From assembly GCA_036783095.1 (NCBI GenBank), contig DAIPXV010000002.1:1-44476 (forward strand): a stretch of DNA of 44,476 nucleotides. Reading direction: 5' to 3'. Shown piece by piece: positions 7,914 through 16,838 of the stretch (its first letter is position 1; every line of letters starts with the position of its first letter). A program made the position numbers and the translations under genes. The notes beneath the pieces are model-generated. The model had not been told where the DNA came from, did no database searches, and worked only from the letters and a program-made list of their open reading frames with translations. The stretch is from Candidatus Bipolaricaulota bacterium (lineage in GTDB: Bacteria; Bipolaricaulota; Bipolaricaulia; RBG-16-55-9; DRXL01).

Positions 7914-9617
7914 ATGTCCGAGGAACTCAAAGAGACAACTGAGCCATCTCAGATGGAAGCACTCTTGGACGATCAAGACGTGCTGACGTATTCGCGCGGG
8001 GACATCCTGCGTGGGCGCGTGGTCCAGGTCAACGATCAAGGTGTACTCGTTGATATCGGCTACAAATCCGAGGCGCTGATGAAGCCCACGGAGTTGGCGC
8101 CCTTCCACAAGGCGCCGCTCCAGCCCGGAGACGAGATCGAAGTACTCATCACATATATTGATGAAGAGGAGGGCACGATCCACGTCTCCGAGAAGGCCGC
8201 GCTCTACGAGAAGCGCATCAGCGAGCTCGAGCGGGCGTATCGGAATCGGCTGCCCATCACAGGCACCATCGAAGACGAGGTCAAGGACGCGGGGTATCAC
8301 GTCAATCTCTTAAAATCGGGGATTCGCGCGTTCCTGCCCGGCTCCCACCTGGGGGATGACCTCCCTCCCAACATCGAGGAGCTGCGCGGCAAGGAAGTGC
8401 CGTTCATTATCTTGGAGCTGGACCGGCGCGAGCGCAACCTCGTCGTCTCTCACCGGGAGTACTTAAAAGAACTAGAGCGCCAGCGCAAGGAAGAGCTCTT
8501 CAATAAGCTTCAGCCTGGCCAGGTCATCGAGGGCACGATCAAGAGCATTGTGGACTTCGGGATCTTTGTGGACGTTGGGGGCTTCGAGGGGCTGGTCCAT
8601 CGCTCGGAGATCAGTTGGAAGGATATCCCCGTGGTGCCGCCCAACACCTACAAAGTTGGGGACAAGATCACAGTCAAGGTCTTGGGTGTCGACCGTCAGA
8701 AGGAGCGCATCTCGCTCTCGATCAAACAGCTCCGCCCTGACCCGTGGATCGGGTTAAAGCAGCGCTATCCCGCGGGCACCAAGACTACTGGGACAGTCGT
8801 CAGCTTGACAGACTTCGGCGCATTCGTGCGCATCGAGGAGGACGTCGAGGGCCTGGTGCACATCTCGGAGCTCTCGTGGGGCTACCCAGAGCATCCCAAG
8901 GAGGTCGTCAAGGTCGGCCAGCAAGTTGAAGTCGTCGTGCTCGACGTCAACGAACAAGAGCGACGGGTGAGCCTCTCGATGAAGCGCACCCAGCCCGACC
9001 CCTGGGAGAAGATCGAAGAGAAATATCCTGAGGGCAGTATCGTCAAGGGGCGGGTGACCAAGCTCGCCGACTTTGGCGCGTTCGTCTACTTAGAAGACGG
9101 CGTGGAGGCGCTCTTGCACATCTCCGAGATGAGCTGGGACAAAGTGAACAAGCCCAGCGACGTCGTCAAGGAGGGGCAAGAGATCACAGCGAAAGTCATT
9201 AAGTCTGATGCGAGCAAGCGCAAGATTCGCCTCAGCCTCAAGGAGCTCCAGGAAGACCCCTGGCACAAGTTCTTAGAGAACTATTCCGTGGGGAGCATCG
9301 TCGAGGGTCCGATCACGCAGCTCAAAGAATTTGGCGCGTTCATGAAGATCACCGAGGATGTGGAGGGGCTCATTCACGTCTCGGAGATCACGGATGAGCG
9401 GATCTCGACCCCCGCGGATGTCCTGCAGGTGGGCCAGGTCGTCAAGGCGCGCATCATCGGGATCAATGAAGAGAAGCGCCAGGTACGGCTCTCTATGCGC
9501 AACCTCCACCGCCAAGAGCACCTGCTCACCGGCGATGCCGGGCGTGAAGGGATCACCATGGGGGAGCGCGTCAAGGGCCTCAAAGAGCTCCTCAAAGAGT
9601 CCGAAAGCTCTTCGTAG
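7914..9617 (+). CDS. rpsA: 30S ribosomal protein S1 (six S1 domains)
   Basis: 567-aa ORF with repeated G..v.G.V..i.dfGaFV.l..[11 protein letters not shown] modules. The classical cmk...rpsA neighbourhood is present. Confidence 0.95.
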   Translation: MSEELKETTEPSQMEALLDDQDVLTYSRGDILRGRVVQVNDQGVLVDIGYKSEALMKPTELAPFHKAPLQPGDEIEVLITYIDEEEGTIHVSEKAALYEKRISELERAYRNRLPITGTIEDEVKDAGYHVNLLKSGIRAFLPGSHLGDDLPPNIEELRGKEVPFIILELDRRERNLVVSHREYLKELERQRKEELFNKLQPGQVIEGTIKSIVDFGIFVDVGGFEGLVHRSEISWKDIPVVPPNTYKVGDKITVKVLGVDRQKERISLSIKQLRPDPWIGLKQRYPAGTKTTGTVVSLTDFGAFVRIEEDVEGLVHISELSWGYPEHPKEVVKVGQQVEVVVLDVNEQERRVSLSMKRTQPDPWEKIEEKYPEGSIVKGRVTKLADFGAFVYLEDGVEALLHISEMSWDKVNKPSDVVKEGQEITAKVIKSDASKRKIRLSLKELQEDPWHKFLENYSVGSIVEGPITQLKEFGAFMKITEDVEGLIHVSEITDERISTPADVLQVGQVVKARIIGINEEKRQVRLSMRNLHRQEHLLTGDAGREGITMGERVKGLKELLKESESSS

Positions 9618-9627
9618 CCCTCTAGTT

Positions 9628-10206
9628 ATGGACTGGCAGGCCCTCGGGGCAGCCGTGAGCTGTTATCTGGTCGGCTCTTTGCCCTTCAGCTACGCCGTCG
9701 CGCGCCTGAAGAATATAGATATTCGTCAGCATGGCAGTGGCAACGTCGGGGCGACCAACGTCACGCGCGTGGTAGGCGTGGGCTATGGGGCTCTCGCTCT
9801 GCTCGGGGACGTGGGCAAGGGAGTTGTCGCAGCATGGGTGGCTAGTCTGTTGAACGCCCCCCTGTGGCTTTCGGGCCTGGCGGTCGTCGGGCACAATTGG
9901 AGCATTTTTTTGAAATTCACCGGGGGCAAAGGGGTAGCCACGACGCTCGGGCTTTTACTCTTCTTCTCCTGGCCGGCGCTCTTGGTGACTGTTGGCGTGT
10001 GGATCGTGACGGTCTTGCTGACGCGCTATGTCGCTGTCGGTTCGATGGTCGCGTTGCTCTCGGCCCCAGGGGTGCTTTATATCTTTGCTGGGCCTCCTGA
10101 GCTGATTGGGCTCTTTGGCGCCTTGGGGGTATTAGCGGTCTGGCAGCACCGCAGCAACATTGATCGCATCCTCCAAGGCAGAGAGGGCCGAGTCTTCAAG
10201 AGATGA
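9628..10206 (+). CDS. plsY: glycerol-3-phosphate acyltransferase PlsY
   Basis: YLVGSLPFSYAVARL...HGSGNVGATNVTRVVG is the PlsY signature. The tracked ORF 9358.. is an upstream read-through, so I trimmed it to the ATG at 9628. Confidence 0.9.
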   Translation: MDWQALGAAVSCYLVGSLPFSYAVARLKNIDIRQHGSGNVGATNVTRVVGVGYGALALLGDVGKGVVAAWVASLLNAPLWLSGLAVVGHNWSIFLKFTGGKGVATTLGLLLFFSWPALLVTVGVWIVTVLLTRYVAVGSMVALLSAPGVLYIFAGPPELIGLFGALGVLAVWQHRSNIDRILQGREGRVFKR

Positions 10207-10208
10207 GC

Positions 10209-11528
10209 TCACGGCTTGAGGCGATAGAGCATCCTGGGGAAGGGGATAGCTTCGCGTAAGTGCTCGATCCCCGTAATCCATGCGGTCAGGCGCTCAACTC
10301 CTAACCCAAACCCCGAATGCGGCACGCCTCCGTACTTTCGTAAGTCAATGTACCATTGATAGGGCTCCTCGGGCAGCCCAAAATCCTTCAGGCGCTGCTT
10401 CAAGAGAGCAATATCTGAAATGCGCTGGCTCCCCCCGATGATCTCCCCATAGCCTTCCGGGGCAATGAGATCTGCTGCCAAGACTAATTCTGGATTATCG
10501 GGCTTAGGCTCCATATAGAACGCTTTCATCTTCGCTGGGAAGAACTCAACGAAGACCGGGCGCCCAAAGTGCTGTCCCAGTGCCTCTTCGTGCGGCGCGC
10601 CAAAGTCATCCCCCCAACTGAGCTTTTCTACTTCTCCAGAGGCGATCTTCTCCTTGAGAAGATCGTTGACAATCTCGAGCGATTCAGCATACGCGATACG
10701 AGCGAACGGCTCTTGAAGGGCTTTTTCTAGGGCTTCAGTCTGACGACCGAGTTCTTTGAGTTCACGGGCGCGCTTGTCCAGGCAGCGCCCGATCACGTAC
10801 TTTACTAACTCTTCTTGGAGCTTTATATTCTGCTCATGGTCGAAGAAGGCGACTTCAGCCTCGGCCATCCAGAATTCTGTCAAGTGTTTTCGGGTCTTCG
10901 ATCTTTCTGCGCGGAACGCCGGGCCGATCCAATAGACCTTGCCCAAGGCCATCGCCGTCGCTTCCAAGTAGAGCTGCCCGCTCTGGGAGAGATACGCTTT
11001 TTCATCGAAATAATTGACTTCAAAGAGCGTGGTGGTGCCCTCACAGGCTGACGGCGTCAAAATGGGCGACTCCGTGGCGATAAACCCTCGCTCGTTGAAG
11101 AAATCTCGAATAGATTGCATCACTTCGTGGCGCACTCGCAGGATCGCCGCTTGCCGGGGAGAGCGAATCCATAAGTGCCGATGGTCTAGCAGAAACGCCG
11201 GCCCGTGCTCCTTCAAGTCAATGGGATATTTCTCCTCGACGCGCTGAACGATCTCGATATCTTTGATCTGCAGCTCATAGCCGCCGGGGGCGCGCTTGTC
11301 CTCACGCACCGTGCCCCAGACTTTCAGAGATGATTCGTGCGTGAGCTTGAGGGCTTTCTCGAAGGCTTCCCCCTCGGCCTTGGTGACGACAGCTTGGATA
11401 ACTCCCGTCCCGTCCCGAATAAGCAAAAACTGAATCTTGCCGGACTCGCGACGATTATACAGCCAGCCGCAGATGAGCACCTCTTGTCCGACTTTTTGAG
11501 CGATATCTTCGATGTATGTCTGCTCCAT
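10209..11528 (-). CDS. asnS: asparagine--tRNA ligase
   Basis: 439-aa class IIb synthetase. [27 protein letters not shown] matches the AsnRS-type motif 2 (compare E. coli FRAENSNTSRHLAEFWM). C-terminal [15 protein letters not shown]. Confidence 0.88.
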   Translation of the reverse strand: MEQTYIEDIAQKVGQEVLICGWLYNRRESGKIQFLLIRDGTGVIQAVVTKAEGEAFEKALKLTHESSLKVWGTVREDKRAPGGYELQIKDIEIVQRVEEKYPIDLKEHGPAFLLDHRHLWIRSPRQAAILRVRHEVMQSIRDFFNERGFIATESPILTPSACEGTTTLFEVNYFDEKAYLSQSGQLYLEATAMALGKVYWIGPAFRAERSKTRKHLTEFWMAEAEVAFFDHEQNIKLQEELVKYVIGRCLDKRARELKELGRQTEALEKALQEPFARIAYAESLEIVNDLLKEKIASGEVEKLSWGDDFGAPHEEALGQHFGRPVFVEFFPAKMKAFYMEPKPDNPELVLAADLIAPEGYGEIIGGSQRISDIALLKQRLKDFGLPEEPYQWYIDLRKYGGVPHSGFGLGVERLTAWITGIEHLREAIPFPRMLYRLKP

Positions 11529-11530
11529 CG

Positions 11531-12313
11531 CTACTCACGCTCGCCCTGTAAGATTTTGATCATCTGAGCATGAATCTTCCCGTTAGTCGCTAAGACCTCG
11601 CCGCCGTAGAGATCGAGCTTGTTGCCTCTTAGGTCTGTCACTGTGCCTCCAGCTTCGCGGACGATGAGCACGGCCGCGGCCATGTCCCACGGTTTCAAGT
11701 CCAATTCCCAGTAACCGTCGGCGCGCCCCGCAGCGAGATATGACATAGCCAGCGCCGATGACCCCATACGTCGCAATGTCTGCGTCTTTCTCGCAAAGCG
11801 CTCCCACCATGCCAAGTGCTTTGGGATCAAGCGTTCGTCGTAGGGGAATCCCGTCAGCACCAAGCTCTCTTGGAGCGTCTCGACGTGCGAGACGCGGATG
11901 AGCTGGCCGTTGAGCCATGCCCCTTGGCCAGCTTCGGCGACGAACAGCTCGTCATGGATGGGATTATACACGACACCCACCACGGGTTCACCTTCGTAGT
12001 ACAACGCAATCGAAACGGCGAAGAACGGAAACCCGTGGGCGAAGTTCGTTGTGCCGTCAATGGGGTCTATGATCCACTGATACGAAGCTGTATCTGTGGG
12101 TCGCACCGAGCCCTCTTCCGTGAGAATGGAGTGCTGAGGGAACTCCTTCTGTATGAGAGAGACGATGATCTCTTCGGCGCGGTGGTCGAACTCAGTGACT
12201 AAATCACGGAACCCGCTCTTGAGTGCGAAAGAATGCCCTTGGCGAAAGTTTTCGCGCAAGAGTTTTCCCGCTTGATGGGCAGCTTCGACAGCCAGAGTTT
12301 TCAAGTCTTTCAT
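11531..12313 (-). CDS. inositol monophosphatase family protein (SuhB/IMPase-like)
   Basis: EEGS..., [15 protein letters not shown] and WDMAAA motifs. Trimmed to the ATG at 12313 ([16 protein letters not shown]). Confidence 0.88.
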   Translation of the reverse strand: MKDLKTLAVEAAHQAGKLLRENFRQGHSFALKSGFRDLVTEFDHRAEEIIVSLIQKEFPQHSILTEEGSVRPTDTASYQWIIDPIDGTTNFAHGFPFFAVSIALYYEGEPVVGVVYNPIHDELFVAEAGQGAWLNGQLIRVSHVETLQESLVLTGFPYDERLIPKHLAWWERFARKTQTLRRMGSSALAMSYLAAGRADGYWELDLKPWDMAAAVLIVREAGGTVTDLRGNKLDLYGGEVLATNGKIHAQMIKILQGERE

Positions 12314-12377
12314 TCGTTTAGTATAATCCAAAGCAGCCTGGATGAGCAAGACGCATGTGCTAAGGGAGGAGAGCATC

Positions 12378-12776
12378 ATGATGAGCCCTTTAAATCAGCG
12401 GATAATGATCGTACTCGGCCCAGTCTTCATAGGCATTCTCCTCATGTCGGCCCTAGGGAAGACCAAGCCCCCAGCCGAGGATATGAAAAACTCTATGGCG
12501 AAGTTGGATCAACAGACATGGGTTGTCTGCCCTCAAGGTCCCCTAGTGTGCCGCTTTACCCAGATTCAAGCCGCAATTGACGCTGCCCCTGAAGGAGCAG
12601 TTATCACGATCAAGACCGGCACTTACGAGGAGAACGTGATCGTTCGCAAGAGCCTGACTCTCCAAGCTGCTGAAGGCGAGCAGGTAGTCGTCAAGAGTGC
12701 TATGGAGAGCCTACCAACATTACTCTTAGTCAATGGTCACCCAATCCACGTAGAGATCGAGGGGCTTACCTTCTAA
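12378..12776 (+). CDS. short membrane-anchored protein carrying only the N-terminal module of right-handed beta-helix (NosD/pectin-lyase-fold-like) proteins; possibly a truncated gene
   Basis: AGGGAGG sits 8 nt upstream of the ATG at 12378. There is an N-terminal TM segment. FTQIQAAIDAAPEGAVITIKTGTYEENVIVRKSLTLQAA matches 22 of 39 residues in the 458-aa protein at 19101..20477. The ORF stops after about 130 aa. Confidence 0.5.
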   Translation: MMSPLNQRIMIVLGPVFIGILLMSALGKTKPPAEDMKNSMAKLDQQTWVVCPQGPLVCRFTQIQAAIDAAPEGAVITIKTGTYEENVIVRKSLTLQAAEGEQVVVKSAMESLPTLLLVNGHPIHVEIEGLTF

Positions 12777-12918
12777 CCAGCTCGCCCCCAGAAGGCAACT
12801 ATAGGGTACAGTCTCCCCTTATATCCATCGGCGAGCTCAAGCGTGATCTTGTTGCGGAAGAGAAGCTTCGCCAAAAATGCGAAGGAAGTTAACTGCTGCC
12901 GAGATTCAGAAGGTCATT

Positions 12919-13551
12919 TCAGCTCCTAAGGCGCTCTGAGATCGCTTGGAAGATCGTCGCTCGCTTCGCTTGAGCTTGACGAGCGAGCCCCTCACGCTCG
13001 CGGCTGTATTCGAGCTTCACAGCCTCGTCCGAGAGCGAGGCGAGGTTGATCGCGACGTTGAGCAACGCCGCTTGCAGAGCGCCCTCAGCGAGCACTGCCG
13101 CCGCGCCCCCGTCGCTGAGCGCACTCTTGTTCCCGCGAGTCACGACAATCTCCGCAAGCTCTAACACACGAAAGCAGCGCAGCGCCGTCTGATGGGGAAT
13201 CTCGGTCGCACCCTTGAGCGCCACTTGAATCGCTTGCTCTCGCGCCGCGCGGTCTGACTCTCTCTCCTTGGGAAGTTTATATGCCGTCATCACGGCATTG
13301 AACGCTTCACTGTCCCGATCAGCGAGCTCTAGTAGCTCATCACGCAGCTTAGTCGCCTCAGCGAGAATGCGACGCATCTCTGGCTCCACAGCTTGATAAG
13401 ACTTCTTCCCAAGGGTGAGCCCCGCGACCATCGCCACGAGCGAAGCCGCGACACTTCCCACAAGAGCTGCTGCGCTGCCCCCGCCGGGGGTGGGCGTCGC
13501 TGCCGAAAATTTCTCTAAGAGAGCAGAGAAGCTCTCATCGCGGATGGACAT
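12919..13551 (-). CDS. cyclodeaminase/cyclohydrolase family protein (FTCD C-terminal domain / FchA-like)
   Basis: 210-aa all-helical ORF. N-terminal TPTPGGGSAAALVGSVAASLVAMVAGLTLGKK is characteristic of the formiminotetrahydrofolate cyclodeaminase / methenyl-THF cyclohydrolase family. Confidence 0.78.
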   Translation of the reverse strand: MSIRDESFSALLEKFSAATPTPGGGSAAALVGSVAASLVAMVAGLTLGKKSYQAVEPEMRRILAEATKLRDELLELADRDSEAFNAVMTAYKLPKERESDRAAREQAIQVALKGATEIPHQTALRCFRVLELAEIVVTRGNKSALSDGGAAAVLAEGALQAALLNVAINLASLSDEAVKLEYSREREGLARQAQAKRATIFQAISERLRS

Positions 13552-14054
13552 TATTTTTTATTGGGTTTCGGCTGGTCGTCGCGATGCCAATAGACGCGGG
13601 CAAAGCGATCCCCTTCAGAGTATTTGATGTCTAAATTCCCTTTGTGGGCCTGGTAGATAGCTTCGCCAATGCGGCGCGCCAAGTGCACGTTCGTCGTGGC
13701 GATCTCCAGCCCATCGCCATTGGGCTTCATCCACATGATGCGTTGGAGAGGGCGCTGCTCGCGCGCCAGCCTCTCTTGATTCTTCGCAATGTTTACAATC
13801 TCGTCGCGGTGGGCTTGCAAGTACGAGCCATCGAGATAGACTACGCCCCCAGGATTGCGATCCTGGATGCGCTTGCACGCGGGGCAGAGCTCGCGATTGG
13901 CCTGGGCAGGGGCCTCAGCATTATGAGTCCAACGCCCTTTATGGTAGACCAAGCCACACCCCGAACAGATTGTCGGCTCAGGGTAACTGCGCAACTCATA
14001 ATAGGGACTCCCTGTATCTTCAGCGAGGATCTCGCGGCGGGTGATGTTCCTCAT
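13551..14054 (-). CDS. Zn-ribbon protein, NMD3-related / BCAM0308-like (assigned from memory of the family pattern)
   Basis: 167-aa ORF with CSGC...CPAC cysteine pairs, followed by GGVVYLDGSYLQAHRDEI...LEIATTNVHLARRIGEAI...VYWHRD. AGGAGG lies 9 nt upstream. Its stop overlaps the next gene's start (TAATG at 13549-13553). Confidence 0.5.
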   Translation of the reverse strand: MRNITRREILAEDTGSPYYELRSYPEPTICSGCGLVYHKGRWTHNAEAPAQANRELCPACKRIQDRNPGGVVYLDGSYLQAHRDEIVNIAKNQERLAREQRPLQRIMWMKPNGDGLEIATTNVHLARRIGEAIYQAHKGNLDIKYSEGDRFARVYWHRDDQPKPNKK

Positions 14055-14083
14055 ACGTGTCGCCCTCCTCAGCGTAGCGTATT

Positions 14084-14112
14084 ACTATAACTGGAGAGAT
14101 GGGGTCTGTCAA
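14084..14112 (-). promoter_or_regulatory. candidate promoter of the 14054..12919 operon (TTGACA-17-TATAGT)
   Basis: On the minus strand, TTGACA is at 14112-14107, followed by a 17-nt spacer and TATAGT at 14089-14084. AGGAGG and the ATG at 14054 follow. Confidence 0.55.
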
Positions 14113-14134
14113 CTTACGCGAAAGAAAGCGAATC

Positions 14135-14163
14135 TTGCACGCGTGCCTCCCAAGGGATACAAT
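14135..14163 (+). promoter_or_regulatory. candidate promoter (TTGCAC-17-TACAAT), 5 nt upstream of the ATG at 14169
   Basis: Hexamers at 14135-14140 and 14158-14163 with an exact 17-nt spacer. It sits back to back with the 14084-14112 promoter. Confidence 0.45.
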
Positions 14164-14168
14164 ACCTG

Positions 14169-14768
14169 ATGAGGTGGGAGATGGCATCCCACAAGGAAGC
14201 GTCTGTGCGCGAACACATAGCGTATCAATTGCTCTATGAGCTCAGAGCCACCCCCTTAGGGCGGCGGACGCTCGTCAAGCGCACAGGGTTAACAGAGAGC
14301 GTGGTGCGCACCGAGCTAGAGAAGCTCGAAGCGCATAAGCTTGTCTCGTTCTCGAAGCTAGGCACGGCGCTCACGGCGCGCGGCCGGCGGTTCCTCTCGG
14401 AGAAGCTTGGCGCGATCATAGATGTCCGCGAGGCTCAGCTCAAAAATTTGATGCTCGATCGCTACGGACGGATGGCACATGTGCGTGGAGCTGCTGATGG
14501 CTTCTCGGCTTGGCTCTATCGGGATATTGCTGTTCGTGAGGGTGCGACCGCGGCGCTCTTTCTCGCCAAGCGCAAGGGAGCGCTTTGCTTCATCGAGGAG
14601 CATGAAGCGCTTGCAAAACAGAACCCCGAAGACAGCGAGATGCTGGAACGCGCGTTCCCAAGTCTCAAGAACGGGGATCTCATCATTATAGTCTTCGGGC
14701 CGGAGAAGAGGGCAGCAGCGCGCGGGCTGTGGGCTGTCCTGTGGGCTTTACTATCGAATTCATCATAA
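14169..14768 (+). CDS. hypothetical protein with a putative N-terminal winged-helix DNA-binding domain
   Basis: 199-aa ORF. The N-terminal ~70 aa (LLYELRATPLGRRTLVKRTGLTESVVRTELEKLEAHKLVSF) resemble a MarR/ArsR-type wHTH. I do not recognise the C-terminal ~120 aa. An alternative start is the ATG at 14181, preceded by GAGGTG. Confidence 0.45.
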   Translation: MRWEMASHKEASVREHIAYQLLYELRATPLGRRTLVKRTGLTESVVRTELEKLEAHKLVSFSKLGTALTARGRRFLSEKLGAIIDVREAQLKNLMLDRYGRMAHVRGAADGFSAWLYRDIAVREGATAALFLAKRKGALCFIEEHEALAKQNPEDSEMLERAFPSLKNGDLIIIVFGPEKRAAARGLWAVLWALLSNSS

Positions 14769-14826
14769 CCCCCTCACCCCCGTCCCTCTCCCCTGTGAGG
14801 GAGAGGGGAGACAGGGGCGAGGGGGC
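14769..14826. repeat. GC-rich palindromic (REP-like) element, copy A
   Basis: CCCCCTCACCCCCGTCCCTCTCCCCT-GTG-AGGGAGAGGGGAGACAGGGGCGAGGGGG forms an imperfect ~26-bp hairpin. It shares the exact 16-mer TGAGGGAGAGGGGAGA and CCCTCTCCCCT with copy B. Confidence 0.75.
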
Positions 14827-14846
14827 TTCCAAAGGAGGAAGAACCT

Positions 14847-15737
14847 ATGCGGTGGAAGCAGTGGAAGGTCGTAGCGGTCTTCGCGCTCGTTCTGGTGGGG
14901 CTAGTCTGGCCGTCGTTGGCGGATTATCCCGTCACGGTGACGGACGACCGAGGCAAGGCGATCACGATCCCCAAGCGCCCAGAGAGAATCGTCGTCGCCG
15001 GGACACCGCTGTATACAGAGATTCTCATTGATCTTGGGGCGCTCAGTCGCATCGTCGGGGTGAGCGAGTCGGCGGACAACCCCAAAGAAGTCCAGGGGCT
15101 TCCCAAGGTCGGGCCGGTTTTTAACCCCAATACAGAGATTATTATCTCGCTCAAGCCCGACGTCGTCTTCGGGGCGATCGGCGCGGTGCGCGAGACGCTT
15201 GAGCGTGCTGGACTGATTGTCGTTTCGCTGGGGAAGGTCGGCAGCGGAGCGATTGACAGCGTCACCGAGATTTTTCGGACAATTCGCTCAATGAACCTAG
15301 TGATTGAGGGCGACACCAAAAGGGCCGACACTCTCATTGGGAGGATCGCTGAAGAGATCGTTACTATCGAGGGCACGGTGCTCGATCGGTTCAAGCCGAC
15401 TGTGGCGATCCTCTATCCGTCAGGAGAGCAGCCGCCCTTTGCTGCAGGGCGCGGCACCCCGGAGAACGAGATCGTGCTGCGCGCTGGAGGGATCAACGTC
15501 TTCCCTGACGTCGCTGATTATAAACAAGTGAGCTTTGAGGAGATCGTCAAGCGCGATCCCAGCGTGATTTTCACGGACCCGTTGCTCATCCCCTTGATCA
15601 CGGAGAATCGCTTCCTCCAAGAAGTGAAAGCCGTGCGCGAGAAGCGCGTCTACGGGATCAAGGCGTCGCAGTGGGTCAGCTCGCGCATCGCCCAGACGAT
15701 CAAGACTGTTGCGGACTTGCTGCATCCGAACCGGTGA
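14847..15737 (+). CDS. ABC transporter periplasmic substrate-binding protein, BtuF/FhuD (iron-siderophore/cobalamin) class
   Basis: 296-aa ORF with AAAGGAGG upstream, a signal peptide, and PERIVVAGTPLYTEILIDLGA...KPDVVF typical of this binding-protein fold. Confidence 0.82.
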   Translation: MRWKQWKVVAVFALVLVGLVWPSLADYPVTVTDDRGKAITIPKRPERIVVAGTPLYTEILIDLGALSRIVGVSESADNPKEVQGLPKVGPVFNPNTEIIISLKPDVVFGAIGAVRETLERAGLIVVSLGKVGSGAIDSVTEIFRTIRSMNLVIEGDTKRADTLIGRIAEEIVTIEGTVLDRFKPTVAILYPSGEQPPFAAGRGTPENEIVLRAGGINVFPDVADYKQVSFEEIVKRDPSVIFTDPLLIPLITENRFLQEVKAVREKRVYGIKASQWVSSRIAQTIKTVADLLHPNR

Positions 15738-15752
15738 ATTACCCCTCCCCCA

Positions 15753-15809
15753 CCCTCACCCCCATTCCCCTCTCCCCTCTGAGGGAGAGGGGAGAGAAGG
15801 GATGAGGGG
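15753..15809. repeat. GC-rich palindromic (REP-like) element, copy B
   Basis: CCCTCACCCCCATTCCCCTCTCCCCTC-TG-AGGGAGAGGGGAGAGAAGGGATGAGGGG. It lies between the binding-protein gene and the permease gene. Confidence 0.75.
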
Positions 15810-15830
15810 CTTGGGGTTAGGTCTCAAGCT

Positions 15831-16838
15831 ATGCGCCACACCACAGGTTGGCTAGGGTTACTGGGAGCGCTCGTGCCGATCGTGCTTGGCCTGAGCGTGA
15901 TGTTTGGCGCGGTCTCTCTTTCGGTCAGCGAAATCGTCGCCGTGCTGTCAGGCCAAGCGACCGACCCCACGGCCGTGACTATTCTCATGCAGATTCGGCT
16001 GCCGCGAGTGCTCTTGGCGGCTTTGGTGGGTGGGGCGCTGGGGCTGTGCGGGGCCGTCATGCAAGGGCTCTTTCGCAATCCGTTAGCCGATCCCTATCTG
16101 TTGGGGATCGCCAGTGGAGCGACTGCCGGGGCCGCGCTCGTGATCGCGCTCCATCTCGATATCTATTGGGGGGCAGTGCCGTTGGGGGCGTTTGTGGGCG
16201 GCGTGCTGGCTGTTGCGATCGTCTATCGCATCGCCCAGACGCCTTGGGCTCAGCTCGACAATTACGCGCTCATCCTCTCTGGAGTAGCGTTAGCGGCGCT
16301 CTTCTCGGCGATCACGAGCTTTTTGCTCTTTTACAGTGGAGCCTCTCATGACGCGCGACGGCTGATCTTCTGGATCTTAGGCGGGCTGGGCGGCGCCCAA
16401 TGGGTCTATGTCTTTGGGCTGCTGGGTGTGCTGATAGTAGCCGGAGCGATGCTCATACTCTGTGCGCGGGATCTCAACGCGCTCGCTCTGGGTGAGGAGA
16501 TGGCCGCGCATCTGGGCATTGAGCCGAGAGATCTGCGAAGAGTCTTACTCTTCGCTGTGACCGCGCTCACGGCTGTCGCTGTTGCTGTCTCGGGGACGAT
16601 CGGGTTTGTAGGGCTGATCGTGCCCCATATCTTAAGACTGATCGTCGGGCCAGATCACAGGGTGTTATTGCCAGCGTCGGCGCTGGGCGGGGCCATCTTG
16701 CTGACGCTCTGCGATACTCTCGCGCGCACGGTGCTCGCCCCCGCGGAGCTGCCCATCGGGATCATCACAGCGCTGTTAGGCGCGCCGTTCTTTCTCTTCT
16801 TATTGCGGCGGCGGGCGCAGCTGGGAGCGCCACTATGA
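15831..16838 (+). CDS. FecCD/BtuC-family ABC permease
   Basis: IRLPRVLLAALVGGALGLCGAVMQGLFRNPLADPYLLGIASGA and C-terminal PIGIITALLGAPFFLFLL. Confidence 0.9.
   Translation: MRHTTGWLGLLGALVPIVLGLSVMFGAVSLSVSEIVAVLSGQATDPTAVTILMQIRLPRVLLAALVGGALGLCGAVMQGLFRNPLADPYLLGIASGATAGAALVIALHLDIYWGAVPLGAFVGGVLAVAIVYRIAQTPWAQLDNYALILSGVALAALFSAITSFLLFYSGASHDARRLIFWILGGLGGAQWVYVFGLLGVLIVAGAMLILCARDLNALALGEEMAAHLGIEPRDLRRVLLFAVTALTAVAVAVSGTIGFVGLIVPHILRLIVGPDHRVLLPASALGGAILLTLCDTLARTVLAPAELPIGIITALLGAPFFLFLLRRRAQLGAPL

Noticed and set aside
7587-8300. 237-aa minus-strand ORF
   Set aside because: It is antisense to the 3' end of ispH and the 5' end of rpsA, both confidently identified. This is a shadow ORF.
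9358-9627. Long N-terminal extensions of tracked ORFs (9358.., 33391.., 39089.., 5675.., 12342.., 30049, 12379)
   Set aside because: These are upstream read-through in frames without stops. Family-typical N-termini, RBS positions and overlaps with upstream genes support the shorter starts given in the feature list.
14055-14846. Looked for a cobalamin riboswitch ahead of the btu-like operon
   Set aside because: The only non-coding gaps are 114 nt and 78 nt, which is too short. I saw no B12-box-like core, and the second gap is occupied by the REP hairpin. A covariance-model scan should confirm this.
14729-15031. 100-aa ORF (…PSPPSLSPVRERGDRGEG…)
   Set aside because: It is generated by reading through REP-like hairpin copy A into an alternative frame of the binding-protein gene. 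Artefact.
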